64,000 nt of DNA from Eledone cirrhosa (GCA_964016885.1 OZ024740.1:257982001-258046000), one strand, 5' to 3'; counted from the first letter of the stretch, positions 1-14,403 are shown. Notes: generated by a model from the letters alone, not told the origin. A program made the numbers and translations.

Positions 1-199
1 CGTTGAGGTCAACTTTATCCATTTGAGGTTAATAAAAAAAGTACTGGGGTCGATTCTTCCTCTATATCTCTTTTTCACTTCTATTCTCTCACTCTATCCT
101 TCTCTGGAAGAAATCTACTGTATTCAGACCTGAAGAGGATTGGACCCCGCCATGTTTCAAGATGCCCTAGAAACGTAGAATCAATTACTCGCTATATCG

Positions 200-781
200 T
201 CTACGGTGAAGATGCATCGCTTAGTGGTCACGATCGCAACTGATCCGGTTGGATATCCAAACGTGACCAGCCAAGCTCATGGGTGTTATTCAAACATCTT
301 GCTCGGGGTATACTCATGGGTCACTTACTGGCTCGTTTCGCCCGTAAAATCTGTCCATTTGAAACACATGCCATAGTATCGGAGTTGTGATCTCTCAATT
401 CAGAGAATTTTCGGCTCTACCCGGAGTCACTCTCTGATCTCTAAGCTACGCACTTTATCGAATAACATTACTCCAAAGACACTTCGGAGGAACCCCATTT
501 CGGCCGCTTGTATTCGTGATCGTATTCTTTCGGTCATTACCCAAGATTCATGGCTATAGGTAAGGGTTGGCACGAAAACCGAATTCAAGACAGCGAGTTT
601 GGCTTATACACCTACCACCCTTTTTCTGATTACCGAATGTTGAAGCTGGCGCATTACTGCACCAGGTAAGGCAATTCTTGCACGTAATTCAGCCTCCTGC
701 CTTCCATCACTCGTGAACACGGCTCCGCGGTACTTGAACTTCTCTGCCTGTTTCGGTGAAACTCCATTCACATGTAGCGAA
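200..781 (-). mobile_element. RTE-clade (Rex3/Expander-like) LINE remnant, RT C-terminal region
   Basis: Minus-strand translation EKFKYRGAVFTSDGRQEAELRARI...VFVPTLTYSHESWVMTERIRSRIQAAEMGFLR, with stops; typical post-RT RTE segment. Confidence 0.8.
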
Positions 782-1350
782 GGTAATATAATGAAAAAAA
801 ATATACATTCAAATTATTTATTAACTCAACTCTAAAATATCATTACAAGCCACCGATATTTTTATTCGTGTGTATTACATCGACAAAATTGAGAAGATGA
901 AGCTATGTGTCAACAGACGAAGTGTTCGTTTTCTCAATTCCAATTGAATGATTGGCACAGTTTCTAAAATATTTTGATAAGCAAACAAATTTCGATGTTT
1001 ATATAAATATGTTGGTTTATATAGAGCCATTCTGCTTCAATCCTACAATCGTTCTGATAATCGACAATGTGAAACAGGGCAAAGATTCAAGAAGCTTCAC
1101 ATTCTAATGCTACACACACACACATACACTCGTATACGTATTATATACAAACACGTTTTTTTCCCCTTTCACATAGACGCACTCGATCACCACCTTTTAA
1201 AACATGTTTATCTTACACAGAACACCAGCATCAACAATTTTCATACAGATGGTGACATGAATAGACTTGTTATTTTTCTCTATTTTTTTTCCTCTCCGCC
1301 TCTGCCCGTCACCTAATTTTTTTTTATTTTTCCTGTAATTTCTAATTCTA

Positions 1351-1386
1351 TTTTCTGATGAAGAATTAGCGTCCGAAACGTTAAGA
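1351..1386 (+). ncRNA. Degenerate minimal hammerhead ribozyme (same family as 63772-63807)
   Basis: TTTT-CTGATGA-A-GAAT TAGC GTCC-GAAA-CG-TT-AAGA; helix III ACGT palindrome, GUU site, one helix II mismatch. Confidence 0.6.
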
Positions 1387-1472
1387 CAGTTTTCTTACTA
1401 TATCAAGCGTAAATTTAATAATATATTTCTTCATTGTACTGTGTCGTTTGCTTTGTTATTTCTGTTTGCTTT

Positions 1473-1512
<40 letters not shown>

Positions 1513-2009
1513 TCCAGAATATGCTGATTATGGACTTATTATTAATAGATAAACAGCGGATTCCCTGTAAAATTCAAAAGCATAGACGTAGATGTTTCTA
1601 TTACAGCAGATATTTGTGTGTTAAACAAAATACTGGCCGGTAGAATTGAAAAATTTTATTTTAAAACTTGAATAAGTTAAACTGTCGAAGCAATGAATAC
1701 ACTGTTTTCGTGGCTAAGGCTTCCGTTGCCCTACAATTCATCTTATATGTGTGTTCCAAATGAATTTGTTGCGCAAAATGCCAGCAATGAGAATGATATC
1801 CTTGTATATCGATCTATCTAAACACATATATAAATATGTGTGTGGGGGGGGGGGGTATCTGCACCAAGCATCCGAGAAACGTAAGTAATGTTTGATATGC
1901 AGTCAAATCAGCTTTAAGTGATATTTCGCTATCACATGCATAATATATGCATTCTGCTGCTTACAAGCATAAAATACTCAGATATAAGTATAATCGATAT
2001 GAGAATCAC

Positions 2010-2050
<41 letters not shown>

Positions 2051-2126
2051 CGAAGGAAATGTGGTAAGGAACCAGGTGGACCATAACGCACCAAAGTACT
2101 CAATACTTAGAGTAGTAGAGTGGGTA

Positions 2127-2260
2127 ATAGGAACAAGTAAGACCCCGACGGCTGAGCTCAAGCCGTTTCGACGGCTAATTCTGTACTAATTTAGTACAGA
2201 ATTTAGTACAGAATTAGCCGTCGAAACGGCTTGAGCTCAGCCGTCGGGGTCTTACTTGTT

Positions 2261-2265
<5 letters not shown>
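2127..2265. repeat. Fold-back inverted repeat of a 3'-half hammerhead (PLE pLTR)
   Basis: Arms about 2127-2189 and 2202-2265 are reverse complements; each carries GAAACGGCT TGAGCTC AGCCGTC (helix III + GUC). Confidence 0.85.
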
Positions 2266-2307
<42 letters not shown>

Positions 2308-2309
2308 CA

Positions 2310-3065
2310 ATATAAATATTCCATCACCCAAGGTCTCCTGAAACTATACGATGTTAACAGAAACGTCAAGTACGCTCATCAGATGAAATATTTATGTTAT
2401 GGATAAAAGATTTGAAATTAAAATCTATGAAAAATGAAAGTAAGGCTGAGTTAAAATAACGGAAAAATACATATACACGCAGAATCAGATATATATATAT
2501 ATGCACATATAATAAATAAAAAAAGTAAAAATATGCATACATACACACATACACACACATACATATATACATATATACACTACACATACACACATAAACA
2601 CGCACACATATATACATACAAAAACACATACATAACATAATTATACATATTCATATACACACACATGCATATATACATACACATAAATAATAACATAGGA
2701 GAATATCTATATATGAAAGTTGAAAGATATAATTAATGAATAATAAAAAAAATAAAAATAGTAAATAAAAACGAGAGAGTGGTTGTCCAGGAAAAACCTG
2801 TGCACATATACAAATATAAAAATATACACATATACACATACATACACACACATATCGATACGCACGTGCATATATAAGTCAGTGTCAATAAATTCATTTT
2901 TTATATCTCATATATATATATATACATTTTTTAATGTTATTATTTATGTGTATGTATGTATATATGTGTGAGTGTATTATATATATGGATGCGCCTTTCT
3001 ATAAGTATGTGTATATATGGATGTTTTGTATATGTGTATGTATAATTATGTTATGTATGTATTTG

Positions 3066-3096
<31 letters not shown>

Positions 3097-3390
3097 GTGT
3101 GTATATATATATGTGTGTGTGTATGTGTATATATGTATACGTGTGTGTATGTCCGTATGTATGTATATATATATTATTTTAATGCTACGTATATGTGCTT
3201 ATATGTATATGTGATTCTGTGTGTATATGTATTTTTTTCCGTTATTTTAACTCAGCCTCACTTTAGTTTTTAACAGATTTTAATTTCAAATCTTATATCC
3301 ATAACATAAATGTTTCATCTGATGAGCGTACTGGACGTTTCTGCTAACATTGCAGAAGAACCTGGGTGATGGAATATTTATATTGTGTTG
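2310..3390. mobile_element. Inverted pair of PLE pLTR-like copies with degenerate HHRs (2316-2391 minus, 3310-3377 plus)
   Basis: About 2310-2490 and 3215-3390 are diverged reverse complements; TTTCAT-CTGATGA...ATGGAATAT helix I kept, GAAA/GUA decayed; related to 11362-11510. Confidence 0.6.
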
Positions 3391-3844
3391 CTTATTATAT
3401 AATTAAATAGCTCTGTACTACACATAGAGCACTCTTCTTTCCTTTAACTTTTCTACAGAAATACTTAACACACATGCACAAACACACACACACACACTCA
3501 CACACATACGCACACACAAACACATACACACATACATATATATATATACATATATATATATAAAAAAATAGAGGTAACAACCAACCAAATTGTAATACCT
3601 CCCAGGCCACTTTTTTCACATAAAACGGGAAGAATTTCGAAAACTGATCAGATTAGAGCAAAAAATCACGGGCGCTCTATCTCAAAATTATTTTTGAAAA
3701 GCATAAGAAATGCGCAACCGGTAAAAACTTAAAACTAAAACTGAATACTAACTAATACTTATTACAAATTTATACCTATTCCTAATTAAACTATTTTTCA
3801 CTGGGAAAAATGTGTCAGCATTTTCTTTTCCTTTTTACTAATAC

Positions 3845-3917
<73 letters not shown>

Positions 3918-4252
3918 CATATATATATACACATCTATATAGAGATAAATCTACCAAAATATACGGTAGTATCCAATCCGTATGAAGAACTCAATGTAAT
4001 CCAAATATCATGAAAAGAGAAGATGCATTCAAAAATTTTCGTTGAAAATCACAGGAAAACAGAGTCAAGATAAATTAATAAAAACAATGAATAAAAACAA
4101 AGAACAAGTTCCTTATATTAAAAAATTCATCATTTTACGATCGTTTCGAGGATATATATGTGTGTTGGTATGAATATCATATGTAAAAATATTACAAACT
4201 ATCAGAGGAAATATTCATACCTTCACATATATATGCTGTCTTCAGAAATAAT

Positions 4253-4434
4253 TGTTTCTACGTTTGGCACAAGGCCAGAAATTACCCAGAGCATTACTGA
4301 TACTTTATTTTATCGACCCCGTAAGGATGAAAGGCAAATTAACCTCGGCGGGATTTGAACTCAGAATGGCAAGGGCCGTAACTCTATACGTCAAAGCATA
4401 GCGTCCGACCCTCTACCGATACTGCCAATCCACC
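4253..4434 (-). mobile_element. tRNA-derived SINE with 16-bp TSD
   Basis: Sense GGTGGATTGGCAGTATCGG (A box), GAGTTCAAATCC (B box), core GCCTTTCATCCTTACGGGGTCGATAAAATAAAGTA; TSD TGTCTTCAGAAATAAT at 4237-4252 and 4437-4452. Confidence 0.9.
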
Positions 4435-5379
4435 GTTGTCTTCAGAAATAATGAGATTTGTTTATTGAAAAAACCCAACAAAGATTTAATATAATAGGTC
4501 TGTTTGGGAACAGGTTTTGAATTGACCAATAGAAAAGTAGTAACTGGTCAAGTTCATAGAATAGTAGTAGTAGAAATTTCATTTAGGGGTAGAGGAATGC
4601 AGACTTATGTTTTGAATGGAAAGAATACTTTGAATGAAAAGATTACTTTGGGGATGAAAAGAGGTCAAGCCGGTGAAAGGTACACGAAAATTTGATGTTA
4701 CTAAAGAATAATGTTAAAAAGGAAGGAGAGTAAAATTTTAGGGTGAAGGTATTAGTGAGAATACCAATCTTATTTAAAACACAAGGAATTTAGATCTATA
4801 ACAAGAAATTAAATTAATTGATAGGTATACTTATAGGGATACATTTATATTAATTCATATGGATGTGATAAATAAGAATTAGATGTTATTAAAGAATGTT
4901 GTTAAAAACGAAGGAAAATAAAATTTTGGGATAATCTGTTATTTTAATCTATATATGTATATATATAAAACTGAGGAAGGATGCATGTATGTATTATGTA
5001 TTATGTATGTGTGTATGTTTGTATGTGTGTGTGTGTGTGTGTGTGTGAAACACGAGAAGTACCCAACCGATAATTTTCAAACTTTATATGTGTATTACTT
5101 ATATTTCATACTTTTAAATCTTATATAGACTACAAGGAATCTAGATTCATAACAGGAAATTAAATTAATTTATATGTATTCTTTTATGTATTAATTTTAG
5201 GAAAAGAGAGCTGTAAGAGGGGAATACAATTATGAAGTTCTCTATAGTAAAGTACTAATTATAGGTTAACTAAATTAAAAAAACTAATTATAATAATATG
5301 TAAAATATAAGTGTAAGTTGTATATTAATTAGGTTTATAATATTTGAAAGTTCTTCTAATTCTATGATTGCAAGATATA

Positions 5380-5765
5380 ATTAATTCTTGTCGCTTATTT
5401 AATAGGACATCCTTAGATTTCATTATTTCAAAAAGTTCCTGGGAGCATAATCTACACTCATATCTGCTATTTTGATAAGGGGTGGCCCATTTGAACACAC
5501 TCTATGTCAGGTTGTAACCGATATCCTTTTTTCTATAATTATTAATTGTTTCAGCCAAGGATGTTGTATTAGCTAATGCGGCATTTTTAAAACTATGTTT
5601 GTGGGTATTAAATCTTACTTTAAATTGGTTAGACGTAGCTCCTATATATGAATACGTTGAGTCCTTAGTGCTAATTTTACATTTATATACTATGTTATCA
5701 ATAAGACAATTTCCCTTTAATGGGCAATTTCATTTGTTTCTACAGTTACAAACATTCGTGAATAT
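5380..5765 (-). mobile_element. Naiad-like Penelope GIY-YIG endonuclease remnant
   Basis: Minus translation NVCNCRNK*NCPLKGNCLIDNIVYKCKISTKDSTYSYIGATSNQFKVRFNTHKHSF. Confidence 0.8.
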
Positions 5766-5835
5766 TATATCAGGGGAGTTAGTCAAATTTGGTGTGGAAT
5801 TTACTCGACTTGGTAATTGGTGGTTTGTTGTGTGT

Positions 5836-6102
5836 TGATAAAAAATCTTCTACTTCTCTTTCACATCTTATATGCAACTTAAAAAGCAAGAATATAGACT
5901 ATTAAATATCGTGGAAAACGATTTCAAAGCACCTGCGTACTGAAACGTGGCTTTATCAAAATTCAGTAAATTGTGTATCGAAGAAATTTTTTATATAATT
6001 AATTGTCAAAACACTATTAATGTCAGAACAGAATTATTTAATTCTTGCAAACATCGCCAACATTCTACATTCAGAACTATGTGTAACTTATAATATTCCT
6101 AT
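5836..6102 (+). mobile_element. Naiad-like PLE endonuclease C-terminus, same family as 39655-39922
   Basis: Direct nucleotide similarity (AAATTGTGTATCGAAGAAATTTTTT, CAGAACAGAATTATTT, TTCAGAACTAT...TAATATTCCTATA). Confidence 0.75.
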
Positions 6103-6173
6103 AAATCTTCAAAATGATCCTATCTGTTTTAACAATTTATATTATTAATATATTAATATCTCTAAATCATAAT

Positions 6174-6356
6174 TGTTTCTACTTTTGGTACAAGGCCAGC
6201 AATTATCCCAGTGTAATACTGGTACTCTATTTTATCGACCCTGTAGGGATGAAAGGCAAAGTTAACCTCGGTGGGATTTGAACTCAGACCATAAATGGCC
6301 GTAACTCTTTGCTGCAAAGCATGGCGTGAGACCCTCTACCGATACTGCCAATCCAA
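6174..6356 (-). mobile_element. tRNA-derived SINE with 16-bp TSD
   Basis: Same family as 4253; TSD ATCTCTAAATCATAAT at 6158-6173 and 6369-6384. Confidence 0.9.
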
Positions 6357-6509
6357 CACTGTTATTTAATCTCTAAATCATAATATCTCTAATATTTGTA
6401 GTATTTTCACCTTTCAGCAAAAATGTCTTATAATATATATATATAAATTTTTTTTAATATATATATATATATGTATAGATGTTTATATATATTTATGTAT
6501 ATCTATACA

Positions 6510-6668
6510 ATTTTAATTTTTTTATTTTTTTATTTTTTTATTTTTTTATTTTTTATTTTTTTATTTTTTTATTTTTTTATTTTTTTATTTTTTTATTTTT
6601 TTATTTTTTTATTTTTTAATTTTTTAATTTTTTAATTTTTTAATTTTTTAATTTTTTAATTTTTTAAT
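6510..6668. repeat. (T7A)n switching to (T6AA)n octamer microsatellite
   Basis: Direct reading. Confidence 0.9.
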
Positions 6669-7567
6669 TCTTTATTTGTTCAATGATACCCTCTTAAGCT
6701 ATTTTTTAAACGTAGATTAATAACCATTAACTAACTTTAGGAAAATATATCCTATTCAAGACGATGTTTAAACATTTATATTTCTTTCGACTAAATAATT
6801 AATTAATCTCACACTAACGATTAACAAATAAAATCGGAGTTATCTTTCCTTTTTCAATCATATAAACTTATTATACCTAACTCCTTTAATTTAATTTAAA
6901 ACATTCTCAATGCCGAACAAGTTATCCAAATATATAAATTCATAATTTTAAGTACCTATTTATTTACATAAAGTACAAAATCAACATCTCTCGTAACTCA
7001 TATTAAGAACAACCACCCAAAACTTGAACTACCTATTTAATTAAATACAAAATCAACTTCCCTCGTAACTCATATTATAAACAACTAATACTTGCTAATT
7101 ATCTTCTTAATAAAAATACATATGCTATTATTAAAATATATATAGATATTTATATATTTAACCCACTACAATATTATAATGAGATAAATAATTACAAACA
7201 TAATTCTCCATATAAATATATACATAATATAGGTAAATATTCGAATTTATTTCCCCAAAATTAACGTACATAAGTGGGCTTCTTTTTCCTTTTTCCTTTT
7301 TCCTTTTCCCTTTTTCCTTTTTCCTTCTTCTTTTTCCTTTACTATTTTCTTTTTTCTTTCTTTCTATCTTATTATTATATATCTAAACTTTCCATAGCGT
7401 TTAAAATAACGGTTATTCAATCATGTAACTCAACCTTATTTACATATTCATTTGCATATTCATCCATAAGTTTGAAATATCCGTTCTTTCTCCTCACTAC
7501 CCAAGCAAAATTCAACTGATAAGGTATGATTTACTTGGCTATGTCAAAATTTATAAAACACTCTTTG

Positions 7568-7629
7568 TATTTTATCTGATGAAAGAGTACCAACGTTTTT
7601 GGTACCCTTGAAATATATATAATAGAATA
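7568..7629 (+). ncRNA. Type I hammerhead ribozyme
   Basis: TATTTTAT-CTGATGA-AAGAGTACCAA cgttt TTGGTACCCTT-GAAA-TATATA-TA|ATAGAATA; family copies at 16778 and 28279. Confidence 0.8.
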
Positions 7630-8267
7630 AATATGGTTTTATAAATATAGTTTCCATTTGTTTAATATCATTGATTACATATATATATATATACACACAC
7701 ACATGTGTGTGTGTATTTGTATATATATAAATATATGTATATATATGTTCCCGTCTAAGTTTTCATTATATATATATATATTTCTTAAAATAACAGATTA
7801 AAGTTTAAGCAAAGAATCGCTGCTTTCACCCTTAGGTGGTTTGTATGTAAATGTACGTATATATTTATGTGTGTGTGTATATGTATGCATATATATTTGT
7901 GTCTGTGTGTGTATATGTATTTGTTTATGTATGTATATATATATATATGTGTATATGTGTGTATATAATATATACACACATATACACAATATATTTGGGA
8001 GTGAGGATTAAGGTGTGTGCGTGTGTGAGTGCGTTTGTAGACACTTGACCATAGACATTGTTAGGTTAAGTGAACCTTAAAAACCAGGGCTGGCACCCCA
8101 GTGTGAACCTGTCTATAGAATTATTTCTGCCTTTGTTACACTAAATATCGTTTTTAAAGAATTCCTTTTTCTTTAAACCCATCAACCAATGACCTCCACC
8201 CATCCCAATCACCACCCTATCCTACCACCAGAAAAGATATAAATACCACCATATTACTTGGACAGTT

Positions 8268-8318
8268 GGCTTCCTGATGATTTCTCCCGAATGAAACATT
8301 TCTAGGCCTGTAGAAGCC
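8268..8318 (+). ncRNA. Type I hammerhead ribozyme
   Basis: GGCTTC-CTGATGA-TTTC tccc GAAT-GAAA-CA...TG-TA|GAAGCC; perfect 6-bp helix I; internally deleted copy on minus strand at 38229-38258. Confidence 0.75.
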
Positions 8319-8372
8319 TTTTATATATTAAATATGTATGTATATATATGTGTATATGTGTGTATGTATATA

Positions 8373-8427
<55 letters not shown>

Positions 8428-8701
8428 TTAAAACATGTCTATAGAATCACCAGATAAAATATATACCGTTTCCTCTCCAAATTAGCATAATTAAACATAT
8501 AAAAAGTCGATTAGACCGAACTATAAGAATAAAGGCTTCTATGAAGAAATCTCCGACAAATAACCGAAAGCAACCCTTCGCGGCGGTTGCGACGGAGTAT
8601 TTATCGAGTATTTCGACAGCGTGTATAAATCGACCAGATATACAGTCAACCAAACAGAATTAGGTGTAAAATAAACTAGGAGAAAAGTGAACATATTTAG
8701 T

Positions 8702-8781
8702 TACCTCTACCACGGTTTCGTCCGCATTTTAAGATATCCGATAACATTGGACATCTGGAGCACCGGACTCTTCAGGAGTTA
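8702..8781 (-). ncRNA. Type I hammerhead ribozyme with extended helix II
   Basis: TAACTC-CTGAAGA-GTCCG...AGATGTCC/GGATATCT...CGGAC-GAAA-CCGTGG-TA|GAGGTA; downstream tail 8426-8690 recurs at 9141-9248 and 61404-61768. Confidence 0.8.
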
Positions 8782-8980
8782 GCTCAAATTTAGACAATTA
8801 ATTTTCCAAAGTGATCGCGCCAAGAATACATTCAAAAATGGCTAAGAATCGTGACGTAGCAATGGTCAGGTTAGAAAGGATGTGATTAGTTGCTTACGGC
8901 TGGTGGCCTTTTGCTAGAAATCGCAGCCCAATACAGCCAAAATTGTATCTCAACCTAACGGGAGATTATTACATATAAAG

Positions 8981-9075
<95 letters not shown>

Positions 9076-9607
9076 TTTTGCAACGGGTCACTTTGTGGCT
9101 CAATGAAGAGTTAATAAATTAAATAATCATAGCTATATATTATAAAAACATGTCTATAGAATCACCAGATAAAATATATACCGTTTCCTCTCCCAATAGC
9201 ATAATTAACCATATAAAAAATCGATTAGACCAAGCTATGAGAATAAAGTGACCCGTTACAAAACACACATACAAATCCACATTTCTACTCCGATTCCCTT
9301 CAAACTTGCATTTTTATATTCCTTGCGGTCTAAAGATATTAACTGCAGCTTTTATTTTTCAATTTTCTGTTGTTAAAGGGGTATTAGGCGCCATTTATCC
9401 ATCTCCATCGCCCTCTTATAATATCTGTCTCTATGCCTGGCTGTCTGCATTACGATATTCTGAGGAACATTGCTGGCGTATTATGTTCGCTATTGTCCGT
9501 TCATTGCCAGGGAACGTCTTCACGAACCAAAGTATCGTCTTCCTGTTTTCCTTCGGTTGCAACGTTTTTCGAAATATTTACTTCTGCGTTCACAGATTGA
9601 TGTTTTT

Positions 9608-9658
9608 AGTTTCAGAAGATCCCGTTAAGGGTGAAAGCAGCGACTTGTTGCTTAAACT
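9608..9658 (+). ncRNA. Hammerhead variant (U4 to A)
   Basis: AGTTT-CAGAAGA-TCCC gttaa GGGT-GAAA-GCAGCG act TGTTGC-TT|AAACT; 7-bp helix III; 3' half recurs at 7790-7835 on minus strand. Confidence 0.65.
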
Positions 9659-9675
9659 TTAATCTGTTATTTTAA

Positions 9676-10322
9676 TCTATATATGTATATATATAAAACT
9701 GAGGAAGGATGCATGTATGTATTATGTATTATGTATGTGTGTATGTTTGTATGTGTGTGTGTGTGTGTGTGTGAAACACGAGAAGTACCCAACCGATAAT
9801 TTTCAAACTTTACATGTGTATTACTTATATTTCATACTTTTTGTTCCTCTAGAATTAGGTGAAAAACTGCGTTTTTCCCCAGTTTTTCAGGGGTTTTTTA
9901 GGGGTTACATCAAACCGATTTCCTTGAAATTATAACTATGTATTAGTCAGTCTCTTTTTCATAGCGTGAGCAAAGAAAATCCAACTTTTGTATGACCTAG
10001 GGCACGCATTAGGTGAAAAACTTCATTTTTTCAGCTTTTTAGGGCTATTGGAGGCGTTACGTCTAGCCGATTTTTCCGAAATTTCGAGGCATATTATGCA
10101 CATAAAGAAATTAATTTTCTTGATTCTCTAGGGCCCGCATAAGGTGAAAACCTGCCTTTTTCCCTGCTTCATCGAGGAAAATCTTAGATTATCCAGCCAT
10201 CAGAGTATTCGGTTTATTTTCTTTACATGTTGTCCAGGCATGCAGTTTTTTCCACGATTAGGTCTGCTGGCGGCCCGCGTTCCAAAATACCTTATCCCGT
10301 GCAACGCCGGGTACCACTGCTA

Positions 10323-10323
<1 letters not shown>
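9676..10323 (+). mobile_element. Non-autonomous Helitron
   Basis: A|TCTATATATG 5' end; 3' hairpin CCCG TGCAACGC CGGG followed by CTAG|T; internal repeats (TAGGTGAAAAACT). Confidence 0.7.
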
Positions 10324-10731
<408 letters not shown>

Positions 10732-11252
10732 AAGGAGATGGGTATAAAATCCGAACCTGTTATTTTGAATTCGGTATTTGTGAAAACACATACCTATGGT
10801 CAGTTTAATTGAGTAATGAACGAAAGAATACGAACGCAAATATAAGCATCCGAAATAGGGTTCTCCGATGGGTCTGTAGTGTAACATTGCTGGACAGAAT
10901 GCGTAGTCGGAGATGAGAGTGTCACTCCAGGTAGAGCCGAATATTCTCCGAATTGGAAGTTGTCAGGATGATAAAATGTCTCAGGAAAGAATCACTGGAC
11001 ACATTTTATGGCCAAAACAAACTGGCGGGAGACTGTGGGGTAGATCCATTGAAAGATGGTTGAATAGCGTGGCTGATGTGGTATGGGGATCCTGTAGAAT
11101 CAGGTGGAGACGGTTAGGAGGATTGTTTGGGGACTCTTCCCCCACGACCCTCTCAGATATAAGTGGACGGTCGTAACTATTTATAACCGATAAAGATTTT
11201 AATGTGAAACCTCGCTTTGTTTTCAATATATATAATCTGCCCGAGCATAGAT

Positions 11253-11336
<84 letters not shown>

Positions 11337-11361
11337 TACATAATAAGCAACACAATATAAT

Positions 11362-11435
11362 TATTCCATTACCAAAAGTTTCAGGTGACTAGACGGCCCT
11401 TGCAGAGACGTCGAGCTCGTTCATCAGATGAAATA
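11362..11435 (-). ncRNA. Hammerhead-like motif with long, poorly paired helix II
   Basis: TATTTCAT-CTGATGA-38 nt-GAAA-C TTTTG G-TA|ATGGAATA; 8-bp helix I. Confidence 0.6.
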
Positions 11436-12010
11436 GTTATTTTCGATATAAGAATTGAAATTTATACCTATTAAAATTGAAAGTGAGGCTGAGTTAAAAT
11501 AACATCTTATAACGGAAAAAATATATATGCATGTACACACACATTTAAATATACATTCATATATACAGACATAAAAATACAAGCACGCATCTATGCGTAC
11601 AACCAATTATATTCTTACATATGTATATAAAAACATCAACTGCATAAACATACTCATACATATACAGTCATACATCCACACACACACACACACACGTATA
11701 TATATATACATATACATATACAAACACACAATATATATAAAGTACATGCACACACACACACATATATATTCGCACACATATATATATACGCACACATACT
11801 ACATATATATACATATACATACACACACACAAGTATGTACGTCCGCTCATATTCATATATACATACATACACATAAATTAACAACGTATAAAAATATAGA
11901 ATATATATATATACATATATGATGAAAATATAAATAAAACAAATAAAAAACAATAATAAAAATAAGTATACATAAAAAGGAAGATACAGTAGTTGGCCAG
12001 ACAATCAGAG

Positions 12011-12067
<57 letters not shown>

Positions 12068-12099
12068 TATCTATATCTCTCTCTTTCTGTCTCTCTCTC

Positions 12100-12170
<71 letters not shown>

Positions 12171-12184
12171 GTGTATATATATAT

Positions 12185-12225
<41 letters not shown>

Positions 12226-12373
12226 TATAAAAATATATATACAATATATATATATACAATTATAAAAACACATACGCGTATATAAGAAGTACATACATAC
12301 AAATATATACACACACATATATATATATACCTACGCACATATATATATACATATATATATATAAATAAATGTG

Positions 12374-12406
<33 letters not shown>

Positions 12407-13689
12407 GTGTGTGTGTGTGTGTATTATGTATATATATATATCGATGTATATATACATCTATAAATGTATATATGTGGGTGTCTGTGTGTGTGTCTGTGTG
12501 TGTGTCTGCGTGTGTGTATGTGTGTGTGTGTATGCGTGCGCGTGTGTAGATTTGCTGTTTCGTACGAATATAAAATATATATATGCAAATGTGTGTGCAT
12601 GTAACCATGTATATATTTATTGGTGTGTGTTTGTGTGTTTATGTGTACTTACGCCTGTATGTTTGTATATATGACATTACACATGTATGCGTGACTAAGA
12701 AGGCGTAGAGTGGTACACATTGTTAGCAGTGTGTGGGTGAAAGAGAGCGGGTTTGTATGGGAGAGGTGGAGAAGAAGAGATGGTATATAGTTAATGTGAT
12801 CAGATAGGCCGGCCATACTGCAGTATTAAGCAGCCATATGGTGGGTCAAATTGAGCAGTTTACCGCCAAAACTTGCCTGACCTCTGAACTAATGAACCGT
12901 GCAGTCTCAATAGGCTGTGATGTCTTTTATCTGGAATAACTGCTAAGTGATCCATGAAAACACTTTGACAACTTGTTCAAGGAATTGTTAAATAAAGCAG
13001 ACATTTAAACAATGGTGGATAACAATGATATAATGCTATTGTTGTTGTTAGTGTTCTTGGGGTTTTTGTTATAGTTGCAGTTGTAATAGTTGCTGTTGCA
13101 GTTGTTTGTGTTACTGTTGTATTTGTTGTTGTAGCTGTAGTTACTTTTCTTATTTCTGTCGACGTTATTTTCATTATTGATGTATTCTTAGTTTCTGTTT
13201 AATTTTAGTTGTTTGTGTTAGAGTTGTTGTTGTTGGTGTTGTAGTTCTTAATGTTACTATTGCATTTATTGTTGTAGCTGTATTTACTTTTTTGTTGGTG
13301 TTTTATTCGTAGTTTATGTTTAATTGTTATTGTTCGTATTTTTGTTGTGGCCGTTGTTATTTTTGTTGTTATTTCTGTTTATTTCTGATGGAAAATAAAC
13401 GAAATTGTGGCGTGCAATGAGAAATAGGTTGAATAATTGGTAGCGGGGAATAAACCAGTGGTGGTATTGATGTTTGTTTTTTTTTGTTTTTTTTTGCTGT
13501 GTTATTGATGTTGATGTTATGTTTTTGAGTTCAAAGAATGGTGTGCATAGGGTATATGTGGCTTGTGAAGGCGGTTCGAAGCCAATTAGTGTGGGTTGGC
13601 TTATGAGAAGAGAAGGTTGGGCAATAAGGAAGGGAGGAAGATAGGTTAGCCGCTAAATGTACGCATGTGAAAGCCCGTGTTCAGCTCAC

Positions 13690-13790
13690 AATTGTAAGAG
13701 TTAAGCTTGATTCCTGGCATTGCATTAAGATCATTGAGCAAGGCACTTTATCGCACATTACTCCAATCCACTCAGCTAGAAAATGTGTGG
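13690..13790 (+). mobile_element. Old CORE-like SINE fragment
   Basis: TTGAGCAAGGCACTTTATCGCACATTACTCCAATCCACTCAGCT resembles the CORE-SINE central domain. Confidence 0.45.
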
Positions 13791-14403
13791 TGCACTTCTA
13801 ATTTAAATGCCAACCTTGTCACGTGTGCTGTGCTGAATTTACCTAAGAATAAGGTTAAGTGTACATGTGTGGGTCGAATGCTAAAACACTTGAATGGTAA
13901 TTGCCGGCGCAGATAGCATAACTGGAACAATTGCCATTGGAAACGACGAAGGTTAAACATAAAGCAAATAATTGCAGGTATACACATATAGACATATATG
14001 CATGCTAGAATGAGAGAAATACTCTGAATACACGTGTCAAGACGTATGTGTGTGAGCATGTGTCTGTATATATATTGGGTATCCCCCAAAAATGTATACA
14101 CACTTCAATAGCATTCTAATCAAAGTGTGTATATATTTCTAGGGACACCCTGTATATATATATATATATATAAATATGTTTATATATATATACAAATTTT
14201 AGTACAGCATTAACGAAGCTTTAGTTTGCGGCCAGGCTAACGAATGCACATTCGGTCGGTATGTAGCTTTAGCACTCGGATGGGATTAATACCCCAGAGT
14301 AATAACAATACGTTTAGACAGCTTAGCAAATCAAATATAGCGATCGACAGTCCAGCAGCATTACCACAGCAACGAAAATACAGGACTCAGGAAAAGATTT
14401 TAC

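Noticed and set aside
124-182. CTGAAGA...GAAACGTA as a hammerhead
   Set aside because: Helix I does not pair next to the core and helix II is unconvincing
4965-5060. CTGAGGA...GAAAC as a hammerhead (also at 9698)
   Set aside because: No helices; it is the 5' part of a Helitron
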